A program made the translations under genes and the position numbers. The notes beneath the pieces were generated by a model. That model was not told the DNA's origin. It did not search any database and saw nothing but the letters and a program-made list of their open reading frames with translations. DNA of 64,000 nucleotides from a virus. How positions within the stretch are numbered: position 1 is the first letter of the stretch; every line of letters starts with the position of its first letter. This document shows positions 28,101-36,911 of the stretch, one piece after another. The DNA lies in the IMG/VR virus record IMGVR_UViG_3300027969_000092, positions 2,262 to 66,261 of that record. One strand, written 5' to 3'.

Positions 28101-28350
28101 TATGTTGCACCGCACAAAAACCATACTGCCATTGTGGTTATGTTGCACCGCAACATATTGTTTAAACACCATGCCATTATGTTAGTGTGTGCTAACATCC
28201 GTATCATCTATGTTGCACCGCACCATTATGTTGCGTTGCACAATAACCATATTGCCATTGTGGTTATGTTGCACCGCACAAAGACCATGATGCCATTGTG
28301 GTTATGTTGCACCACACCATTATGTTGCGTTGCATCATTGTTGCACCGCA
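28101..28350. repeat. Array of TGTTGCRYYRCA boxes (8 copies) interleaved with ACCATnnTGCCATTGTGGT (3 copies)
   Basis: Copies at 28103, 28141, 28211, 28229, 28267, 28305, 28323, 28339. Confidence 0.85.
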
Positions 28351-28627
28351 CCATTTCACATTATGAGATATGATTTCACAATGCGAAACAAAGGTAAGGT
28401 TTTTATGATGCGATGCACCATTTTTCGAGACCCCCATGCCACGGTCTTGAGTCTCTACCCAAAAGCCAGCTCCTATAATTCCGGCCCCCAGAAATTTTTT
28501 TTTGAAAATTTGACAGAAATCAATGCACCTTTTTGGTGCATCCATACTACTGTTGCTTTAACTACCGCTCGTAAGTCCTTGATAGTTCGTAGAAGTTGTA
28601 TGACGAGGCGCTCGTAAGTCCTTGATA

Positions 28628-28744
28628 GTAACAGTAGTCATAGTAGTCACCCTTACTTTTTATTATTTTATTATTTTAAAAAAATAAAAAACGTATAGGG
28701 AGCCCTAAAGTGATTTAGACCCTGACTACTATGACTACTGTTAC
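28628..28744. repeat. Origin-like element copy 2 (direct repeat of 19398-19514), preceded by two IHF consensus sites
   Basis: 28633-28660 and 28707-28730 identical to copy 1; WATCAANNNNTTR on the minus strand at 28572-28584 and 28615-28627. Confidence 0.75.
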
Positions 28745-28769
28745 TATTTTTGGTATATTTTTGGATTGA

Positions 28770-28799
28770 GGGCGCTAACCCCCTGGTTTTTGCATTAGT
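28770..28799 (+). promoter_or_regulatory. Late promoter GGGCG-N17-GCATTAGT (leaderless into 28806)
   Basis: Conserved motif; ATG 6 nt downstream. Confidence 0.75.
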
Positions 28800-28805
28800 T
28801 GAAGT

Positions 28806-29114
28806 ATGAGCAAGTATGTCTATCAAATCCAAGGTGCATTGGAAAATGCCCGTGGCCAACTCAAAGGCCTGCGAATTCTGATATGCGACGTGCACAACAT
28901 CGATATGGTAGACGTACCAGTGGAAATCTTGGACCAAGCAACAGCCAAGTATCTGCAGTTTAGGATTAGTATTACATCCAACGCTGTCAATATCCAACGA
29001 CTGCCAGTCGAAGTCCAAAACAAAATACGCGCTCCGTTAGGGAGATGGCTGGACCATTGGGTCCTAGAAAACTTTCATGGCAATCCTAGCAAACGAAAAA
29101 GTACTAACCCTTGA
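28806..29114 (+). CDS. Hypothetical protein, first late gene
   Basis: ORF starts at the predicted +1 of the promoter. Confidence 0.65.
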   Translation: MSKYVYQIQGALENARGQLKGLRILICDVHNIDMVDVPVEILDQATAKYLQFRISITSNAVNIQRLPVEVQNKIRAPLGRWLDHWVLENFHGNPSKRKSTNP

Positions 29115-30069
29115 CTATTGGAAACCAGCCCGCCTTCTAAAGGTCGGTGATTATGTATTTGACCGTACTGGCAAGCTGGTACAGGTTAAATTGGTACAAG
29201 AGTACCGTGCCCAGCGGTGCTACCTAGTACAGTTCTCTGACAACCTGACCATGTCCGGTGATGAGAACCTTGGATTTCTCACAGAAAACAAGTTCCACCG
29301 CAGCAGAATCCACCAGTATAAGCAAGTTCGCAAGTTCAAACGCCCATTACGGCATATTGACGTTAAGCAACTACTTACCAAGTCTCTCAAATGTCGACCA
29401 GTAGAGTATCAGTACTCCATTCAGACTGCGCAACCCCTGGAATTACCCCACCAAACCCTGCCAGTACCCCCATTTGTGTTTGGTTTTTGGTTTTTTAACC
29501 GCAAAATGAACCGGCGCATGACGCCACCCAAAGGTTTTAAGGACGATGTACACCAGGAATTCAAAGACGCTGGGTACAAACTGACAGAAGGGTGGCTATC
29601 CGAATCAGGTGAACGGGAATTCTCTGCGCTTCCTAGCATTGAGCACCACTTACTGCCTAACATCCCTTACAAAATTCCGAATAACTACCTGTTGGCGGAC
29701 AAAGACCAGCGAATTGCCCTGCTCCGTGGCATAATTTATTCCAAACCCCGGCAATACAACCACAAAACTGACACGTTTCGGTTTTCTAACAAGAATTTAA
29801 GTGTTGTGCAGCAGGTTCAGTCCCTGGTAGAGTCCTTGGGGCATAGAACTACCCTGCAACACAACGAACCTAACGGTACCTATATACTTTTATTTAGAAG
29901 TAAGTTAAAATTGGTATCTAACCAAGTATCAAAACCTTTAAAAATTGTATATGGACGTAGATTCATACGGGCTATTGAAGAAATAGCGCCACAATCTTGC
30001 GTTCATATTGAAACCACTGCACCAGACAACACTATTCTCGTAGGAGAAGGATTTATTTCAACATGTTGA
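29077..30069 (+). CDS. Free-standing degenerate intein (Hint-N / LAGLIDADG / Hint-C)
   Basis: AILANEKVLT..W....LKVGDYVFD..G; CYLVQFSD; LPVPPFVFGFW; IPNNYL.A...QRIALLRGI; LVESLG; RFIRAIE; ILVGEGFIST. Confidence 0.8.
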   Translation: MAILANEKVLTLDYWKPARLLKVGDYVFDRTGKLVQVKLVQEYRAQRCYLVQFSDNLTMSGDENLGFLTENKFHRSRIHQYKQVRKFKRPLRHIDVKQLLTKSLKCRPVEYQYSIQTAQPLELPHQTLPVPPFVFGFWFFNRKMNRRMTPPKGFKDDVHQEFKDAGYKLTEGWLSESGEREFSALPSIEHHLLPNIPYKIPNNYLLADKDQRIALLRGIIYSKPRQYNHKTDTFRFSNKNLSVVQQVQSLVESLGHRTTLQHNEPNGTYILLFRSKLKLVSNQVSKPLKIVYGRRFIRAIEEIAPQSCVHIETTAPDNTILVGEGFISTC

Positions 30070-31505
30070 CATCAAAACAAGAGCTTATACTTAAAAAGTT
30101 TGCAGAAGCACATAAACACTGGCCTAAGCAACAGCTTGATGCTGCACTGTGGCAAGTCAAATGGCAGGTTCAAGCCCTGCCGCACCAAAGAGAACCAGAG
30201 GATGGAGAGTATGATACGTTTCTTATGTTGGCCGGACGGGGATCTGGCAAGACGCACACTGCCAGCCATTGGATTGGCATTCGTGCTTGGAAGTATGACA
30301 ACACCCGTTGGCTCGTCACTGCCCCCACTTCCAACGACATACGAGCAACTTGTTTTGAGGGAGATAGCGGACTCCTTAATATCATCCCCGCCAGCCTCAT
30401 TCGGGATTACAACAAATCCCTTTTTGAGATTACCCTCACCAACGGCTCCATCATCCAAGGAATCCCCGCGTCAGAGCCGGAGCGGTACCGTGGTAAGCAG
30501 TACCATGGAGCCTGGTTTGACGAGCTGTGTGCTTTCGACTACATCGATGATGCGTACGATGGTGTTCAGTTCACCTTGCGTCTTAAAGACTCTCGAATCC
30601 CACGAGTCCAGCAGATCATCACCACCACCCCCAAACCTAAAGAGCTCATCGTTGATCTCAACGAAGGTAAGGTCGGTGGAGACGTCTATGTAGCCAATGC
30701 CAGTTCCTATGACAATAGATCCAATCTATCTGAAACGTTCTTCAAACAGCTAGAGACGTACGATGGTACAGACCTAGGTCGTCAGGAGATCTATGGTGAG
30801 ATCCTGGATCCAGAAGCTGCGGGTATTATCAAACGTAAGATGTTCCGCATGTGGCCAGCCAATCGTGCCACCCCAGACCTTGAGTATGTGATTGCCTCGT
30901 ATGATCCGGCTACCTCAGAAAAGACAACCAACGACCCAACGGCATGTACGGTGTGGGGTGTGTTCGAGCAACTGGACTCCGGTACAGCAGTTATCCTGTT
31001 AGATGCTTGGGATGCGCATATGTCCTACCCCGAACTGCGTCGTAAGGTGATTGAAGACTTTAAAGAAGTAGTGTACGGTGCTGACAATGACTTCGGTAAG
31101 GGCCGCAAAGCTGACCTTATACTGATGGAGGACAAGTCTGCAGGTATCTCCCTTATCCAAGAGCTACAGGGCGCAGGGGTGCCTGTACGTGGCTACAATC
31201 CGGGTCGTGCAGATAAGGTGCAGCGTGTTAACATTGTGGCGCCATTGGTTGCTAAGGGCAAGGTGTACATACCAGAAGACATGAAACTTAAGGGTGACTT
31301 TGCCGAATGGGCCAAACGATTCCTCAGACAGGTGTGTTCGTTCCCAGAAGCCGGGGGACATGATGACTATGTGGATTCCCTGTCCCAGGCCTTGCGTGTC
31401 TTAAGAGACTCTGGTTGGGTAAGACTGGATCCTCTGCCAGCTAGGGATTATGACTACGCTGACGATGAGTACAAAAAGAAATTCTTTAACCCGTATGCCC
31501 AGTAG
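30063..31505 (+). CDS. terL: Terminase large subunit
   Basis: AGRGSGKT, WFDE, TTTP, GRQEIYGE, SYDPA, HDDYVDSLSQA. Confidence 0.95.
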   Translation: MLTSKQELILKKFAEAHKHWPKQQLDAALWQVKWQVQALPHQREPEDGEYDTFLMLAGRGSGKTHTASHWIGIRAWKYDNTRWLVTAPTSNDIRATCFEGDSGLLNIIPASLIRDYNKSLFEITLTNGSIIQGIPASEPERYRGKQYHGAWFDELCAFDYIDDAYDGVQFTLRLKDSRIPRVQQIITTTPKPKELIVDLNEGKVGGDVYVANASSYDNRSNLSETFFKQLETYDGTDLGRQEIYGEILDPEAAGIIKRKMFRMWPANRATPDLEYVIASYDPATSEKTTNDPTACTVWGVFEQLDSGTAVILLDAWDAHMSYPELRRKVIEDFKEVVYGADNDFGKGRKADLILMEDKSAGISLIQELQGAGVPVRGYNPGRADKVQRVNIVAPLVAKGKVYIPEDMKLKGDFAEWAKRFLRQVCSFPEAGGHDDYVDSLSQALRVLRDSGWVRLDPLPARDYDYADDEYKKKFFNPYAQ

Positions 31506-31534
31506 GGCGGAAACCCCATACTTTTTGCATTAGT
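31505..31534 (+). promoter_or_regulatory. Late promoter GGGCG-N17-GCATTAGT
   Basis: Conserved motif upstream of portal. Confidence 0.75.
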
Positions 31535-31572
31535 AGGTATAGGACAAATACATCCACCAAATTCAGAGACAT

Positions 31573-34392
31573 ATGGCAAATCCAACAATACCGATGCAAA
31601 TGGGCGCTAACTTGCCCGGGCTAGAGCGAGAAGAAGATGTAAAACTGGCAGCCCAGCAAGAAGCTGAGATGGACCATTACGAGGAAGTTTTGGGTTTAGA
31701 CCCTGATGAAGTAGAGCAAGAAGTTATTGAACTTGATGATGGCTCTGTTGTTGTTAACTTCCAAGAAAAAAGCGGGCCACGCAAAGACCCAGAGTTTTAT
31801 GAGAATTTAGCCGAAGTACTGGACGAGGATTTCCTCGATACATTGGCATCCGATTATCTTGATCTGATTGATGAAGATAAGGAAGCACGTAAAGAACGTG
31901 ACAAACAATACGAAGACGGCTTACGCCGTACCGGTTTAGGTAAGGACGCACCTGGAGGCGCGACATTCGATGGGGCTTCCAAAGTCGTCCACCCCGTTAT
32001 GGCTGAGGCATGCGTTGACTTCGCTGCGTCATCCGCTAAAGAACTTCTTCCACCAGATGGCATTGTTAAGTCAAACATCAAGGGTGAGGCAGACCGCCAA
32101 AAAGAAGAAACTGCTGAGCGTAAAGTAACATTCCTTAACTGGCAGCTAACAGAACAAGTACAAGAGTACCGTGATGAGATGGAGCAGTTGCTCACTCAGC
32201 TACCCCTTGGTGGTTCACAGTACCTTAAATGGCGCTATGACTTAGAACAGTGCCGTCCGATGTGCGAGTGGATTCCAATTGACAATCTACTCCTCCCATA
32301 CGCTTCTACCAACTTCTATACGTCAGCACGTATTACTGAAGTACAAGACATCACTGAAGACATCTTCCAACAACGTATTGAGCAAGGTATCTATCGTGAC
32401 ATAGACGCTTCATATACATCAGATGCACCAATTGATGATATGACTGGCTCAGAAAAAGCCAACAACAAGATTGAAGGTAAGCAGTCATCAGGTAAAAACA
32501 TTGACGGCCTGCGCCGTGTGTATGAAGTAACATGCTTTATGCGTATGGATGAAGACGAAATGACCGATGGTCGTCGTGCTCCGTACATCCTCACAATTGA
32601 TGAATCATCCAGCAAAGTTCTGGCACTATATCGTAACTGGGAAGCAAACGATGAGAAACTTGAAAAACTCGAATGGTATGTCGAGTTTAAATTCATTCCT
32701 TGGCGTGGAGCGTACGCTATTGGATTACCTCATCTCATTGGCGGCCTTTCTGCTGCTCTTACCGGTGCTCTTCGTGCTCTCCTTGACGCTGCTCATATCA
32801 ACAACAGCCAGACACTTCTTAAGCTCAAAGGTGGACGAATTGGTGGACAGTCAGACCGAATCGAACCGACCCAAGTAATTGAGATTGAAGGCGCACCTGG
32901 TGTAGACGACGTACGTAAGATTGCAATGGCAATGCCGTTTAACCCGCCATCATCCGTTCTTATGGAATTAATGGGTTGGTTGACAGCAGCTGCTAAGGGT
33001 GTTGTAACTACATCCGAAGAAAAGATTGGCGAAGCAAACAACAACATGCCAGTCGGCACGGCCCAAGCTCTGATTGAGCAAGGTGCTAAGGTGTTCTCTG
33101 CTATCCACGCCCGCTTACACCGTTCACAAGCTAAGTCTCTCAAGATTATCTCCAGACTAAACCACTGGTACCTTGAAGAGATGGACAACCAGTCTGGCAC
33201 TGAAGTTGAAGTGCGTGACTTTGCGTATAACAACGACGTACGCCCAGTATCCGATCCTAACATCTTCTCTGAGACACAGCGTGTTGCTCAGAACCAAGCT
33301 CTCTTACAGATGGCTTCTTCTGCGCCTCCAGGTATGTTTGACATCCGTAGTGTGTATCGTAGAATTTTGGGACAACTTAAAGTTCCAGCTATTGAGGAAG
33401 TATTGCCAAACCCACTAGGTGCTAAAGAATCCAATCCAGCACTTGAGAACGTGGCTATGACAATGAACCGTCCTGCAGCTGCCTACCCCGACCAAGACCA
33501 CATCGCTCACTTAAAGATCCACCTAGAATATGCAAATAATCCCGCTTATGGCGGTAACCCTGTTATTGGCCCTGTGTTTGCACCTCATGCTTTAGAGCAT
33601 ATCAAACAACATTTAACATTACACTACTTGCAATCCATGCGTGGTTATGTAGCACAAGCCGCAGGCGGCCGTGATTCACTTGAGTTGCACCAAGAGAAGC
33701 CATTGGATCAAGAAGCCCAGCAAGCTCTGGCAATTGCATCTCAAATGGTCAACCAAGACTCACAGCAAGAAATGCAACCGTTTATCCAGCAGATCCAAGG
33801 TCTGGCTCAGAAAGTACAACAAGCCAACCAACAGAAACAAGAGTCTGCTGCTATGGCCGATCCTTCCGCTGCGGTCTTTATGAAGACTCAGATGGCTGAG
33901 ACAGAGCGTAAGAGCAAAGAGTTCCAGTCTAAGATGCAAGCTGAGTTACAAAAATCGCAACAAGAGTATCAACTTAAAACTCAAGAAATGCAACAACAGG
34001 TTCAAGAGCTTATTGCTAAATACCAAACTCAGTCTAACATTGACAGCCAACGTAATGCTACAGACATTGCAATGGCCAACATCAACAATGCAGCAAAAGA
34101 GCGTGTAGCTATGATTTCAGCTGGTGCTCAGTTAGATCAGCAACAACGTATGTTGGAACATGAGCAAAACATGTCTGCTATGGAAGCTACTAGAGCATCC
34201 GAACAAGACATCCGTCAACATGGTATTGCAGTGCAGCAACAAGCGTTCCAAGCGCAAGCTGACCAACAAAACCATCAGTTGGAATTGGAAAAGCAAGCAT
34301 TATTAGCAGATCAACAGCACCAACAACAGATGGCGCAACAAGAGCAACAAGCATCATTAACCCCACCCCCACAACCCACTCAAGGACAATAA
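31573..34392 (+). CDS. Portal protein with Gln-rich coiled-coil barrel
   Basis: Follows terL; FYENLAE, GASKVVHP, G.GLPHLIGGL, RPVSDPN; long C-terminal coiled coil as in P22-like portals. Confidence 0.88.
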   Translation: MANPTIPMQMGANLPGLEREEDVKLAAQQEAEMDHYEEVLGLDPDEVEQEVIELDDGSVVVNFQEKSGPRKDPEFYENLAEVLDEDFLDTLASDYLDLIDEDKEARKERDKQYEDGLRRTGLGKDAPGGATFDGASKVVHPVMAEACVDFAASSAKELLPPDGIVKSNIKGEADRQKEETAERKVTFLNWQLTEQVQEYRDEMEQLLTQLPLGGSQYLKWRYDLEQCRPMCEWIPIDNLLLPYASTNFYTSARITEVQDITEDIFQQRIEQGIYRDIDASYTSDAPIDDMTGSEKANNKIEGKQSSGKNIDGLRRVYEVTCFMRMDEDEMTDGRRAPYILTIDESSSKVLALYRNWEANDEKLEKLEWYVEFKFIPWRGAYAIGLPHLIGGLSAALTGALRALLDAAHINNSQTLLKLKGGRIGGQSDRIEPTQVIEIEGAPGVDDVRKIAMAMPFNPPSSVLMELMGWLTAAAKGVVTTSEEKIGEANNNMPVGTAQALIEQGAKVFSAIHARLHRSQAKSLKIISRLNHWYLEEMDNQSGTEVEVRDFAYNNDVRPVSDPNIFSETQRVAQNQALLQMASSAPPGMFDIRSVYRRILGQLKVPAIEEVLPNPLGAKESNPALENVAMTMNRPAAAYPDQDHIAHLKIHLEYANNPAYGGNPVIGPVFAPHALEHIKQHLTLHYLQSMRGYVAQAAGGRDSLELHQEKPLDQEAQQALAIASQMVNQDSQQEMQPFIQQIQGLAQKVQQANQQKQESAAMADPSAAVFMKTQMAETERKSKEFQSKMQAELQKSQQEYQLKTQEMQQQVQELIAKYQTQSNIDSQRNATDIAMANINNAAKERVAMISAGAQLDQQQRMLEHEQNMSAMEATRASEQDIRQHGIAVQQQAFQAQADQQNHQLELEKQALLADQQHQQQMAQQEQQASLTPPPQPTQGQ

Positions 34393-34625
34393 TGGCTAAA
34401 AACCCACAAGACGGCGGAGAATTAGGCTTCCGCAAGACTTACAAAATGACTGGTACCCCCGGCTTCGGCGGCGGTCCTGGTGAGAAAACTCTCGATGCAG
34501 GTCCATCTGGATCTTCAAGAAAAAACAACTGGAAAATTGGTAACAGCCAAGCCAAAATGGCAAATGCTGAAAAAATTGGTCCAGATAAGAATCTTAAAGA
34601 TATCAAAGGCGGAAACTTTTATTAA
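34392..34625 (+). CDS. Small basic protein
   Basis: TAATG-coupled ORF. Confidence 0.6.
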   Translation: MAKNPQDGGELGFRKTYKMTGTPGFGGGPGEKTLDAGPSGSSRKNNWKIGNSQAKMANAEKIGPDKNLKDIKGGNFY

Positions 34626-34631
34626 TCATTG

Positions 34632-34661
34632 GGGCGGAAACCTCCGCCCTTTTGCATTAGT
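34632..34661 (+). promoter_or_regulatory. Late promoter fused with terminator hairpin (leaderless into 34668)
   Basis: GGGCGG-AAACCT-CCGCCC-TTTT-GCATTAGT-N6-ATG. Confidence 0.75.
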
Positions 34662-34667
34662 AAAAGT

Positions 34668-34856
34668 ATGAAGGACTTTATAAGCACTATTATCGGTCGT
34701 GTAAAGACTGAGCGCAATACCCTTGCAGACACCATCACTGCGGGAATGAATGTAAATACATTTGATGACTATCAGAGGATGGTCGGAAGGTACGAAGGGC
34801 TAACACAGACTTTAAACCTCATTGAAGAAATTTTGACGGAAGACGACGAAGCATAG
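34668..34856 (+). CDS. Hypothetical protein
   Basis: DDYQRMVGRYEGL; lies between portal and GroES-like gene. Confidence 0.65.
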   Translation: MKDFISTIIGRVKTERNTLADTITAGMNVNTFDDYQRMVGRYEGLTQTLNLIEEILTEDDEA

Positions 34857-34869
34857 AAAGGATTGCCGG

Positions 34870-35310
34870 ATGGCGATTGATTTTAACAGTAACGACGAAC
34901 CGGATCTACGTAGCGAGCAGGAATGCTTTCCAGAAGTAGATGCGGGGGTAGAAATCCTTGGGGACCGAGTAATGGTGCAGTTACGCCGTGAAAAGATCAC
35001 AAGTAAAGGCGGAATCATCTTAGTGGATGAAACCAGACAAACTTTACGCTTTAATGAAACAGTAGCTAAAGTAATTGGCATTGGTCCCTTGGCTTACAAA
35101 AGCCCAGATGATCTATCACCATGGCCTGAAGGTCCTTGGTGTAAAGTCGGCGACTTAGTTCGTACTATCAAGTACGGCGGCGATCGGTTTGTTGTGCAAC
35201 CAGACGATGATGGTGCTCCAGTAGTGTTTATTACACTGCAAGCACGTGAAGTGATCTCCAAGATCAAATCGTTCGAGGCAGCACAAAAAATGAAAGCGTT
35301 TGTAGATTAA
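34870..35310 (+). CDS. GroES-like co-chaperonin
   Basis: LGDRVMVQ, SKGGIIL, KVIGIGP, WCKVGD.V...KYGG. Confidence 0.85.
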   Translation: MAIDFNSNDEPDLRSEQECFPEVDAGVEILGDRVMVQLRREKITSKGGIILVDETRQTLRFNETVAKVIGIGPLAYKSPDDLSPWPEGPWCKVGDLVRTIKYGGDRFVVQPDDDGAPVVFITLQAREVISKIKSFEAAQKMKAFVD

Positions 35311-35328
35311 CTTTGTAGAAAGTCGAGC

Positions 35329-36318
35329 ATGGCAGACAATGAAAAAGACGTTCCAATTAAGGAACAGGAAGATGGGTCTATACTGGCCCGCGTCGAACTC
35401 CCCGAGCAAATTGAGGACGACGAAAAAGTAGAAGTTGCGGTAGAAGCATCAGACGATCAAGATGACGAAGGTGGCCAAGATGAAGATAATGGCTCTGACG
35501 ACAACGATAGCGATGAGTCCGATGAAGACCGTGAAAGAATTCGTGAAGCCCGCAGAGAAGAGCGAAAGCTAAAGAAAGAACTAGCTAAGCAACGCGAGGC
35601 ATCCGCCAAACACAAAATCAGTGCGCTTGAAAAGCGTAATGAAGATCTTGCTAGGCGATTGGCAGCTGTAGAAGATACAGCAGCATCATATCAGTTTGCG
35701 CAGATTGACAAGGCCCTTGAAGATGAGGCAACCCGTGTCGAGTACGCTAAGATGAAGATGGTGCAGGCAGCCCAAGCAGGTGATGTAAATGCGCAGATGG
35801 AATACTTGGAGCAGTTAACAGACGCCAAACAGCGTTTGAACCAAGCCCAGCATTACAAGAAAGAACAGCTCGAAAAAGCTAAGGCACCAAAACAAAACGT
35901 TCCAAACCCAGTTAGCAATGAAGTGCAACAAAATGCTAACACATGGTTAAAACGTAACTCTTGGTTTGACCCGCAAGCTCGAGATACAGATAGTAGAATT
36001 GCCAAAGTAGTTGACCAAGAGCTTGTCGCTGATGGTTGGGATCCGTCTGATCCTGAGTATTGGGATGAGTTAGATAATCGTTTAACAGCTCGTTTGCCTC
36101 ATCGCTACACAGCGAAGAGTGGTAACAACCAGCGACGTTCAGCAGGCCCAACAGCCTCTAGCCGAGTTGCAAACACAGCAAGTACCAAGCCAGGTACGAT
36201 CACACTGTCAAGAGATCGTGTGAATGCAATTAAAGACGCTGGCGCATGGGACGATGTAGCTAAACGAAACAAAATGATCCGTGCATATGCACAGTATGAT
36301 CGTGAAAATAAAGGTTAA
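35329..36318 (+). CDS. Putative scaffolding protein
   Basis: Acidic N-terminus, coiled coil, position before capsid genes. Confidence 0.6.
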   Translation: MADNEKDVPIKEQEDGSILARVELPEQIEDDEKVEVAVEASDDQDDEGGQDEDNGSDDNDSDESDEDRERIREARREERKLKKELAKQREASAKHKISALEKRNEDLARRLAAVEDTAASYQFAQIDKALEDEATRVEYAKMKMVQAAQAGDVNAQMEYLEQLTDAKQRLNQAQHYKKEQLEKAKAPKQNVPNPVSNEVQQNANTWLKRNSWFDPQARDTDSRIAKVVDQELVADGWDPSDPEYWDELDNRLTARLPHRYTAKSGNNQRRSAGPTASSRVANTASTKPGTITLSRDRVNAIKDAGAWDDVAKRNKMIRAYAQYDRENKG

Positions 36319-36323
36319 TTATC

Positions 36324-36878
36324 ATGGCAAATCCAAGAATCAAACGTGACATCGAAGACCGCTTAGCGGACCGAGTACAAGAAACAAAAGAACGGATTGC
36401 GGAAGCAGATCCGGGCAATAAGAGCAAGCGCGAACGTGCAGAGGCGTTCAGGGATAAATGGCAAAATAGCGCACTGCCTGACCTACCGGAGGGAATTATT
36501 CCGGGTATGCACTTGTGCTGGTTATCCACCACAAATAATTATGACAGCATCGACAAGCGATTAGCATTGGGCTATGAGCCAGTGAAAGCCAGCGACTTAG
36601 GTAAAGGCTTTGAAAATCTCGGCAAAATGAGTTCCGGCAAGTACGAAGGCTGTGTAAGTTGTAATGAAATGGTTCTTTTTAAGTTACCAGAAGAAATCTA
36701 CCAAGAAGTGATGCGTATGATGCACCTAGAGGATCCGCTAGCTCATCAACAAAATATTACCGCAAACGTTCGGAGCTCAGCTCAAGAAGGTAAAGGCGGT
36801 AGATCAATTCTTGAAGGCGGTATTTTGGAGATGGAAAAAGAACAAGCAAAGGCGAATAGCAATATTCGTTTTGAATAA
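36324..36878 (+). CDS. Head-module protein
   Basis: GMHLCWLS...GYEPVK; position. Confidence 0.6.
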   Translation: MANPRIKRDIEDRLADRVQETKERIAEADPGNKSKRERAEAFRDKWQNSALPDLPEGIIPGMHLCWLSTTNNYDSIDKRLALGYEPVKASDLGKGFENLGKMSSGKYEGCVSCNEMVLFKLPEEIYQEVMRMMHLEDPLAHQQNITANVRSSAQEGKGGRSILEGGILEMEKEQAKANSNIRFE

Positions 36879-36911
36879 CATACTTCAAATTAACAAAGGA
36901 ACTAATAGACA

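Noticed and set aside
28101-28350. Possible mini CRISPR array
   Set aside because: Intervals are short, irregular and themselves repeated; no unique spacers of about 30 nt and no cas operon (the DUF2800 Cas4-like gene is a replication nuclease)
27901-28617. Several 60-106 aa ORFs in the control region
   Set aside because: They translate the repeat array, lack RBSs and have atypical composition
34629-34667. TTG-start extension of the 34668 gene
   Set aside because: It is the promoter/terminator element; the ATG at 34668 matches the predicted +1
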